From contig CAZIXJ010000002.1 in NCBI GenBank assembly GCA_964542835.1, positions 1-26,983 on the forward strand: 26,983 bases of DNA, given 5' to 3'. The notes beneath the pieces are model-generated. The model saw only the letters and a program-made list of their open reading frames with translations, was not told the DNA's origin and ran no database searches. Of this stretch, positions 1 to 7,424 are shown piece after piece. Position 1 is the first letter of the stretch. Each line of letters opens with the position of its first letter. The stretch comes from an uncultured Hyphomicrobiales bacterium (GTDB lineage: Bacteria > Bacteroidota > Ignavibacteria > Kapaibacteriales > UBA2268). Position numbers and translations under genes: made by a program.

Positions 1-42
1 TAGTTTCAATCTCCAAGTAATATAATTAAATATTACAAAATC

Positions 43-675
43 TTAATTTTCTAATCGGGAAATTTCAGTTTTTATTTCATCAATAACATCATTATTTAAA
101 ATCACTTTTTTATTGCCTTCTTTCGAAGAATAAATGTAAAAAACTTTTCCTCCAAATTGCTTTTGAAATTTTAAATGGGATTTTTCCTGAAACCCCTTTT
201 CTTTGAATATTTGTGACAACTGAATTCCCTGATGAACAGGTTTTATCTGTAAACCAATATATTTATCATTTATTTTTATGAAAAAATCAACATTAAATAG
301 CCTATCCCATTTATCAGGTGCAGATTCAATTTTATATCCCAACTCATTTTCAAGTTGACCATAAATTGTTTTAATTTCGGTAATATATCCGTCAAATGTT
401 CTGTCAATTACTAATTTGTGCATATATTTAATGCAATCATCTTCTGTGATTTCATTTACTTCTGAATAAATTACTTCAGTAATTTTAATATAAAGTTTTT
501 TCCCTAATTCTGTTATATGTTCAGGAGTTCTCACATTATTAAAATAATACTGTTTCCAATCCTCCAATGTTTTGGGATTACATTTTCTTATGCTTTCAGA
601 TGTTGCACCTACATTCCTCTTAAAATTCAACTGGAATCTGTTCATAGCACTATTTAAAATCCACTCTTTAGCCAT
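43..675 (-). CDS. MjaI-family type II restriction endonuclease (PD-(D/E)xK-like)
   Basis: Sequence MAKEWILNSAMNRFQLNFKRNVG...PKTLEDWKQYY...DRTFDGY..E...WDRLFNVDFFIK...IGLQIKP resembles the RE_MjaI family as I recall it. It lies directly downstream of a DNA methyltransferase. Start moved from TTG 681 to ATG 675, which overlaps the MTase stop (ATGGCTAA) and follows AAGGG. Confidence 0.8.
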   Translation of the reverse strand: MAKEWILNSAMNRFQLNFKRNVGATSESIRKCNPKTLEDWKQYYFNNVRTPEHITELGKKLYIKITEVIYSEVNEITEDDCIKYMHKLVIDRTFDGYITEIKTIYGQLENELGYKIESAPDKWDRLFNVDFFIKINDKYIGLQIKPVHQGIQLSQIFKEKGFQEKSHLKFQKQFGGKVFYIYSSKEGNKKVILNNDVIDEIKTEISRLEN

Positions 676-1966
676 TTGCAACCCTTAATTTTATAAACTT
701 ATCTCTGTGCTTGTAATTATAACTTTCATCTACTTCAGCAAGCCTATTTTTAATTAAGTGTGCATTAATGAAAGTTTTGTTTTTTAAATACATATAAACG
801 AGCAGATTATTATTTTCATCATGCTTTTTTACATCATATTTAAAAAATACTTTTTGTCCTTTAGTTTTCAATTTTAGAAATTCCAGAGCATTTCCGTTTA
901 TTTGTTTATCCTCTTTAATTCCAATTAACCGAACTGTAAGATTGTTATTTAGTCTTATTAATTCAGGACTTAAAACATCTTTTACAGTAAAATAATCTTC
1001 TCTCTTTGATTCGCTTTTACTATCTATTTTTGAACCGTATTGTAATTTTTTCGGGTCAGTTTTTTTATCAAGTAAATGGGAATCCTCAAATATGTATGGC
1101 AATTTATTAATTTCTTCTGAAAAATCAGCATTTACATTATTTTGAATTTTAAACACATAATCAGAGTTAAATATATCTCCCTGCTCAATATCAAGTTTGG
1201 CTTTAATATATTGGATATAGTCAGAATTTATTTCATATCCGACAGAATTTCGGTTAAGATTTTTGGAAGCAAGAGATGTAGTACCGCTGCCTAGAAATGG
1301 GTCAAGTACTGTATCTCCCACAAAAGAAAACATTTTAATAAGCCTTTTGGGCAGTTCTTCAGGGAACATTGCAATATGTCCGTCCTGCCTTGCTCCACCG
1401 AAAGCCCAGTGTCCATCGAAAAAAGTTTTCCATTCTTCTTTGGTCATTTTTGACATTTCTTTAATTTCTTTTTCAGGCTTTTTTGCATCTCCAAGTTTTT
1501 TAAAAAGTAAAATAAATTCATAATCAATTGAAACGATGCCGTTTTTCGGGTATGGATAACTGCCCATCAAAGATGCTCCTCCTGTAGTATTGGAAGTAGT
1601 TTTTTTCTGCCAGATGATAGCGCCCATATAGTCAAAACCGGTAGTCTCACAGAATTTGATAATTTCAGTCCTTATTGGGATTACTTTGTAGCGACCATAA
1701 TATACAGCTCTTGCAAACTGGTCTCCAATATTTATGCACAAACGGCTGCCCGGAGATAAAACACGATAGCATTCATTCCAAACAAGATTAAGATTATTTA
1801 TATAATTTTCGTAACTGTCATTATATCCGATTTGATTTTCAGAACCATAATCTTTTAGCTGCCAGTAAGGTGGAGAAGTAATTACCAAGTCAATGGATTC
1901 AGCTTTCAGTTCATCCATTTTGCGGCTGTCGCCGTTAATTATAATATGTTTTGTTTTCAACTTCAT
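668..1966 (-). CDS. Beta-class N4/N6 DNA methyltransferase (probably m4C) with C-terminal degenerate SNase/thermonuclease-like domain
   Basis: Motif IV TSPPY near the N-terminus precedes motif I DPFLGSGTT (beta order); SPPY is typical of m4C MTases. Residues ~322-432 (VKDVLSPEL..VRLIGI..ALEFL..KGQKV...LLVYMY...FINAHLIK..LAEVD) follow the SNase fold pattern. Confidence 0.9.
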   Translation of the reverse strand: MKLKTKHIIINGDSRKMDELKAESIDLVITSPPYWQLKDYGSENQIGYNDSYENYINNLNLVWNECYRVLSPGSRLCINIGDQFARAVYYGRYKVIPIRTEIIKFCETTGFDYMGAIIWQKKTTSNTTGGASLMGSYPYPKNGIVSIDYEFILLFKKLGDAKKPEKEIKEMSKMTKEEWKTFFDGHWAFGGARQDGHIAMFPEELPKRLIKMFSFVGDTVLDPFLGSGTTSLASKNLNRNSVGYEINSDYIQYIKAKLDIEQGDIFNSDYVFKIQNNVNADFSEEINKLPYIFEDSHLLDKKTDPKKLQYGSKIDSKSESKREDYFTVKDVLSPELIRLNNNLTVRLIGIKEDKQINGNALEFLKLKTKGQKVFFKYDVKKHDENNNLLVYMYLKNKTFINAHLIKNRLAEVDESYNYKHRDKFIKLRVANG

Positions 1967-3015
1967 TCTCTCTTCCTGCCACCCGCAAATGCATTAAGAC
2001 TCGATAAATATTTATTTTTCTTTGATGATACGAGCATTTCAAAAATTAAAAGCAATATACCCAAGCCCAGAAAATACTGGAACTGGTCATCATAGTCAGT
2101 AAATACTTTTGCTTCAAATTCTTTTTTGTCAAGATTTTCAAGTTCATCAATTAATTTTTTCAAATCAGGCTCTGTATTTCCTGAACGAATAAATTTACCG
2201 TCTCCTGCTGATGCTATTTGCTCCAGTGCCGCAGCATCAAGTTTGGAAACTACAGTATTGCCTTCCGAATCTTTTAAAAATCCAACTCGCCGATTGTCTC
2301 TGTAAACAGGAATTGGTCCGCCATTCACAGAACCCATACCTATTGTATGTATGGTAATGCCTTTGTCATTTGCTTCTTTTGCAGCTCCCAGAGCATCATC
2401 CTCGTGATTTTCTCCGTCTGTAATTATGATAAGAGCTTTATTCCTTGCATCATCTTCCGAAAAGGATTCTTCTGCAAGTTCTATCGCACTTCCTATAGCA
2501 GTACCCTGTGATTCGATAATACTGTTATCAAGAGTGGAAACTATTAGTTTAGCAGCAGAATAATCAGTTGTAAGGGGCAGATGCAAATATGCATTTCCTG
2601 CAAAAACGATTATTCCTATTCTGTCATTATATAGCTTATCAATAAGATTAATTACAGCTCTTTTTGACTTTTCCAGTCTGTTTGGTTTAATATCTTCGGA
2701 TTTCATACTGTTAGATAAATCAATCGCCACAAATATTTCGGCACCTTCCCTTTTCACTTCTTCCAGTTTAGAACCAATCTGAGGATTTGCCATTGCTGTT
2801 ACAATCGAAGCAACTGCAAGCAATAAAAGAAATAATTTAATCCACGGTTTAGAACGTGACTTTTGAGGACTCAATTTTGAAAAAATTGCAGGTGATGCAA
2901 ATTTACCTGCTGCCTTTTTTATCTTGCTTCTGTAAATCAAATACAGAAGAAAAAATAAAGGCAGCGAAAATAATGCATAAAAATATTCAATATTTTCAAA
3001 TCTAAGTGCATCCAT
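1963..3015 (-). CDS. vWA domain membrane protein, BatB-like (aerotolerance operon family)
   Basis: N-terminal BatA-type TM segment (LRFENIEYFYALFSLP...KLFLLLLAV...ANPQIG), MIDAS DLSNS, TAIG and ITDGE motifs, C-terminal TM segment. Confidence 0.85.
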   Translation of the reverse strand: MDALRFENIEYFYALFSLPLFFLLYLIYRSKIKKAAGKFASPAIFSKLSPQKSRSKPWIKLFLLLLAVASIVTAMANPQIGSKLEEVKREGAEIFVAIDLSNSMKSEDIKPNRLEKSKRAVINLIDKLYNDRIGIIVFAGNAYLHLPLTTDYSAAKLIVSTLDNSIIESQGTAIGSAIELAEESFSEDDARNKALIIITDGENHEDDALGAAKEANDKGITIHTIGMGSVNGGPIPVYRDNRRVGFLKDSEGNTVVSKLDAAALEQIASAGDGKFIRSGNTEPDLKKLIDELENLDKKEFEAKVFTDYDDQFQYFLGLGILLLIFEMLVSSKKNKYLSSLNAFAGGRKRE

Positions 3016-3162
3016 ATCATTTTATCTCAAAAATTATTATTATCATCACTATTTGACGAAAAATGAAAAATGCAAGTGTATAAAATTAAAGCATCCTTAA
3101 ATAGTCTGTTTTTTCATATTGAGAGAAAATAAAAATTATTACAAAGTCAATAAATCCTCCGA

Positions 3163-3213
3163 CTTTACCGCCTGCAAGCAGTCGGTAAAGCCACCTCCTT
3201 TTCAAAAAGGAGG
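3163..3213. repeat. GC-rich double-hairpin (REP-like) intergenic element
   Basis: CTTTACCG 3163-3170 pairs with CGGTAAAG 3183-3190, with inner CTGC/GCAG. CCTCCTTTT 3194-3202 pairs with AAAAGGAGG 3205-3213. It sits in an otherwise very AT-rich divergent intergenic region. Confidence 0.6.
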
Positions 3214-3340
3214 AAATTTATCCCTTTTTTAAAATTTGAAAAAGTTACACTTTTATTATTTTATCTGAATAATTTTTATTAACTTAATTTTTTTATTTTA
3301 TTATTTTGGAAATTATTATAAACAAATTATACAAATTAAA

Positions 3341-4144
3341 TTGAAAGAAATAACTAAAAGAATACTTACTGCTATTATTGGCATACCTGCAGGGATATTG
3401 CTGATTTGGCTCGGAGGAATTTATTTTCTCAGCTTAATTATAATAATCTCTTCTTTAGGGATTTGGGAATTGCATAAAATGTATGACGGTAAGAATAATT
3501 CGTTTTATCTTACATTTGTATTCAATATTGTATTGCTTCTTACAGCATTTCTGAATATTGAATTTGCTAAATTCTATTTTATGATTCCTTCACTCTTATT
3601 TTTATACTTCCTGATTTCTTCCGTTTTTGCAATGCTCAGCAAAGAAAAAAACACAATGAATATTCTTAGCGGCAATATATTTGCCACTCTCTACATATCA
3701 TTCTCATTCATTGCAGTTCTCTTTATTCGTGAATATATTGACGGCGGGTTCCACCTTTTTCTCACTATATTAATTAGTATCTGGGTTTGCGATACTTTTG
3801 CTTATTTTACCGGAAAATCTATTGGGAAGAACAAACTCTGGGAACGCATAAGCCCAAAGAAAACCTGGGAAGGTGCTGTTGGAGGTTATATAGGAGCAGT
3901 AGGCTCAGTATTTCTGTTAAATTATCTGTTCAGTATTGATTTGAGCATTTCCGGACAAATAATTATCGGTAGTATTACAGGAGTAGCCGGTCAGTTCGGC
4001 GATTTGTTTGAAAGCAAACTCAAGCGGGATGCCGGAGTAAAAGACAGTTCAAATATAATACCGGGGCATGGCGGAGTATTAGACAGATTTGACAGCCTGA
4101 TATTCGTAGCTCCGATTATTATATTTTATTTTTTAATTATGTAA
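3341..4144 (+). CDS. cdsA: Phosphatidate cytidylyltransferase
   Basis: Polytopic membrane protein with CDTFAYFTGK, ISPKKTWEG, GDLFESKLKRDAGVKDSSNIIPGHGGVLDRFDS signature; TTG start. Confidence 0.95.
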   Translation: MKEITKRILTAIIGIPAGILLIWLGGIYFLSLIIIISSLGIWELHKMYDGKNNSFYLTFVFNIVLLLTAFLNIEFAKFYFMIPSLLFLYFLISSVFAMLSKEKNTMNILSGNIFATLYISFSFIAVLFIREYIDGGFHLFLTILISIWVCDTFAYFTGKSIGKNKLWERISPKKTWEGAVGGYIGAVGSVFLLNYLFSIDLSISGQIIIGSITGVAGQFGDLFESKLKRDAGVKDSSNIIPGHGGVLDRFDSLIFVAPIIIFYFLIM

Positions 4145-4219
4145 TTTGTTTCATTTCAGTCTTATCGCTATATTCAGGCATTTTTCCATTTTCTGTATTT
4201 CGTTTCAACTAAATTTATA

Positions 4220-4251
4220 TTTGGCTCAAACTCTTATATTTATTAACTTTG
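4220..4251 (+). promoter_or_regulatory. Putative Bacteroidetes-type sigma-A promoter (-33 TTTG / -7 TAnnTTTG)
   Basis: TTTG 4220-4223, 20-nt spacer, TAACTTTG 4244-4251, 48 nt upstream of the 4300 start; matches TTTG-N19-21-TAnnTTTG. Confidence 0.5.
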
Positions 4252-4299
4252 TAATATTATTTGTTTTTCATTATGTTTAATTAATTTACAAGGTTAGTT

Positions 4300-7212
4300 T
4301 TGAAGTATATTTTCTTGCTTTCGATAACATTTTATTCACTTTTTTCACAAACTCCTCCCACTGATACTGATGGCAATGGATATAAAAATATAAGCAATTT
4401 AAGCCATCTCGCGTGGATAGCCCAATATGAAGGTACATGGGATGATGACTATGAACTTGACAACGATATAAATGCCGCCGCCACCGAAAATTGGAATTTT
4501 GGTTATGGTTGGAGACCTCTTGGTAATGATGAAACAGCTTTTTCAGGCAATTTTAATGGAAACGGCTATAAAATTGACAGCCTTTATATAAACAGACCAA
4601 ATATTGAAGTAGTTGGTTTTTTTGGGTTAGTCGAACCTGATGATGAAAGTATCATAGAAAACCTTAGCATCACAAATTGCAGCATAGCAGGCGATGAAGA
4701 TGTTGGAGCATTAATAGGTGATGCTGATAATATTATTATCAGAAACTGTTATGTGTCAGGAGATATTTATGCTAATTATGATGCCGGCGGAATGATAGGG
4801 AGAGGCTACAAAACAAATATTTACAACAGTACTTCGGAATGTGATATTCATAATAGCAGCGGCGCAGGAGGAATGCTTTATCGTTCACAGAACTGCATTA
4901 TTGTTAATTCCTCATATAACGGCACTATCAGTAATGGTAATGATAATAATACTGCCGGAGGAATTGTAGGTTACAGCAGGATTACAGATATATATAATTG
5001 TGTTGTCTCAGGTGATATCTCCGGGCAGGACTATATCGGCGGTCTTATAGGGTATGTTTATTATTCCGGTCAAATCCATAACTGTTTGTCTTATGCTGCT
5101 GTTTCAGGCAGAGATAGTGTTGGTGGGTTAATTGGATTTTTCAGACAGAATCCTAATGATATTTACAATTCTTACTGGGATGCCGAAGCGAGTGGTACTG
5201 AACGTTCTGATGGTGGTGTTGGAAAAACTACATCTGAACTTCAGACAAAATCTACTTATACGGATGCAGGATGGAATTTTGATTTCCTTTGGGATATTGA
5301 TTCAGGATACCCTTATATTGAACTTGATGAATCTTACAGACCTGAAGATTCAGATGGCAACGGCTACCTGAATGTACAAACTTTAGAGGAATTAAGATGG
5401 TTATCAGAAAGCCAATACGAATGGGATACAAGCTTCGAACTTGATAATGACATCGATGCAGGTGAAACTCAAAACTGGAACGACGGCAGAGGTTGGATTC
5501 CAATAGGATATTATGAAGATTTTAAAGGTAGTATCAATGGAAATAATTATGCTGTAAAATATCTTTATGTATATGATTATGACAAGGATGGAGCAGGCTT
5601 TATCGGTAGCGCATCCGGCGATAATGAGGTTATTGAAAATCTTGAAATCGAACAGTGCAGCATATCGGCAGACCGCTATGTAGGTGCTTTGGCAGGGGGA
5701 ATTGGCGGGAACACAGTTGTAAGAAACTGTAATACATCGGGTGATATATCCGGGATAATGTATGTAGGAGGATTTATAGGCTCTGCTTCTGCTAACATAT
5801 ATGAGTGTTTTTCTGATTGTCAGGTAGATGGTTTTGTAAGCTTTGAAAAATATATTGGAGGATTTATCGGATGGTATTCAAATGGTACGATTACCGATTC
5901 TTATTCAAGAGGAGATGTAACAGGAGATGAAATAGTTGGAGGATTTGTCGGTAGAAACAACTATGGTACAATAAACAACTGTTACTCAACCGGAAGCGTA
6001 CAAGCTTGGCAGGATGAAATCGGAGGATTTGCTTCTGAAAATCATTTTGGAGATATTAACAACTGTATTTGGGATACCGTTTCAAGTGGAGTTACCGTAT
6101 CGGATGGTGGTTTTCCAAGAACAACTTTTGATATGCAAATAGACACAACTTTTACAAATCACGGTTGGGATTTCGACAGTACCTGGGCGTTTGACAGCAA
6201 TATTAATGACAGATATCCATATTTACAAAACATTCAATATAACGAACCCGTAATTGAGAAAATCGTTTCAATTGATATAGCTTTTAGTGATTTTTATAAT
6301 GGCAATTATCATGAAAGTATGAGTGCGATTATTGAATTGAGAGATGGTGCTGATATAATGTCTTCATCTGTAGTGGCTTCCAAAACAGGGCTTGTAGATG
6401 AAAATGGTAATATTTCAGTTGATTTTGGTGATACTGATGATGGTGATTACTGGATAATTGTGAGAGCCAATACCTACCTTCCGGTTTGTACACCGGACAA
6501 ACACACACTTTCTACGAGTGGTATTAATTATAATTTCACTTCTTCTTCTGATCAGTCAGTTCTGGGTGAGCAGGCAATGATTGAATCTAATGGACAATGG
6601 CTCGTAAGAAGTGGTGATTTTAATATGGATGGTGCAATAGGTGCATTTGATATTAATAAATTTATTCCTCATATCGGAAATTCAGTTAGCTCAGGTATTC
6701 CTGCTTCAGATACCAGTAACATAGAAAGCACAACATATACTGTTGAAAAAATCGTTGAACTCAATATGAGATTTTCAGGAATTAGTGATGCTAACGGATT
6801 TTTACCTGTTAATGTAACCGTAGAGCTTAGAGATGGCAATAATATAATGGACTCAGAAGTAATTGCAAAAAAAACAGGTTATTTAAATATTAACGGTACG
6901 GTATTAATTGATTTCGGCGATGCACCCGATGGCGAATATTGGATTTTGGCTCGTTCTTCAGGATATTTACCGGTTTGCTCTCCTGACAAACAAACATTTT
7001 CTGAAAGCGGGATTTATTATGATTTTGCATCATCATCTGACCAATCCATACTCGGTGATGTTGCAATGGAAGAAGGGGACTACTTTTGGTATATAAGAAC
7101 AGGCGATTTGAATGATGATTTAAGTATTGGTGCATTTGACGTTAATAAATTAATCCCTAATATTGGAATATCAGTAAATTCTGAAATCCCTGCTATTGAA
7201 ATGGATTTGTAA
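4300..7212 (+). CDS. Secreted GLUG-motif repeat protein with two N-terminal GLUG modules and two C-terminal domains carrying dockerin-like loops
   Basis: Signal peptide MKYIFLLSITFYSLFSQ. Repeated VGGLIG/VGGFIG/AGGIVG GLUG-type motifs. Two modules start D(T/S)DGNGY..ELDNDI(N/D)A. Two ~150-aa C-terminal repeats end in GD(F/L)NxDxxIGAFD(I/V)NK. Confidence 0.8.
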   Translation: MKYIFLLSITFYSLFSQTPPTDTDGNGYKNISNLSHLAWIAQYEGTWDDDYELDNDINAAATENWNFGYGWRPLGNDETAFSGNFNGNGYKIDSLYINRPNIEVVGFFGLVEPDDESIIENLSITNCSIAGDEDVGALIGDADNIIIRNCYVSGDIYANYDAGGMIGRGYKTNIYNSTSECDIHNSSGAGGMLYRSQNCIIVNSSYNGTISNGNDNNTAGGIVGYSRITDIYNCVVSGDISGQDYIGGLIGYVYYSGQIHNCLSYAAVSGRDSVGGLIGFFRQNPNDIYNSYWDAEASGTERSDGGVGKTTSELQTKSTYTDAGWNFDFLWDIDSGYPYIELDESYRPEDSDGNGYLNVQTLEELRWLSESQYEWDTSFELDNDIDAGETQNWNDGRGWIPIGYYEDFKGSINGNNYAVKYLYVYDYDKDGAGFIGSASGDNEVIENLEIEQCSISADRYVGALAGGIGGNTVVRNCNTSGDISGIMYVGGFIGSASANIYECFSDCQVDGFVSFEKYIGGFIGWYSNGTITDSYSRGDVTGDEIVGGFVGRNNYGTINNCYSTGSVQAWQDEIGGFASENHFGDINNCIWDTVSSGVTVSDGGFPRTTFDMQIDTTFTNHGWDFDSTWAFDSNINDRYPYLQNIQYNEPVIEKIVSIDIAFSDFYNGNYHESMSAIIELRDGADIMSSSVVASKTGLVDENGNISVDFGDTDDGDYWIIVRANTYLPVCTPDKHTLSTSGINYNFTSSSDQSVLGEQAMIESNGQWLVRSGDFNMDGAIGAFDINKFIPHIGNSVSSGIPASDTSNIESTTYTVEKIVELNMRFSGISDANGFLPVNVTVELRDGNNIMDSEVIAKKTGYLNINGTVLIDFGDAPDGEYWILARSSGYLPVCSPDKQTFSESGIYYDFASSSDQSILGDVAMEEGDYFWYIRTGDLNDDLSIGAFDVNKLIPNIGISVNSEIPAIEMDL

Positions 7213-7258
7213 TAAACAGCTTTAACCTGAGAAATTCATTTATTTTTCTGACGAACAA

Positions 7259-7308
7259 GAAATAGCAGGGGTTTTGGACTAATTCACAGTTCAAAATCCT
7301 GCTATTTC
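7259..7308. terminator. Long hairpin between convergent genes, probable bidirectional intrinsic terminator
   Basis: GAAATAGCAGG 7259-7269 pairs perfectly with CCTGCTATTTC 7298-7308, extended by TTTTG/CAAAA. It lies between the stops of the GLUG gene (+) and smc (-). Confidence 0.7.
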
Positions 7309-7424
7309 TAAATCTGAATTATCCGCTCTGATATAATGATATTTTTTTACTTATAATATTTGAGATCTTTCTTTTGTGAATAATTTCGGTTAATATGACT
7401 ATAGCTGAATAAAGCGAAAATTCT

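Noticed and set aside
676-681. TTG start for the REase given by the ORF track
   Set aside because: ATG at 675 has an SD-like AAGGG and a coupling overlap with the MTase stop, so it is the more likely start.
5132-7135. Alternative-frame and antisense ORFs inside the GLUG gene, and similar short ORFs inside dnaX, bcp, tatD, glnA, yfhO, mreC and mreB
   Set aside because: Fully nested in well-supported genes, short, and without domain signatures or initiation signals.
4357-7194. Repeated blocks in the GLUG gene as a CRISPR array or mobile-element repeat
   Set aside because: Repeats are diverged, in-frame protein-domain duplications, not identical nucleotide repeats with spacers.
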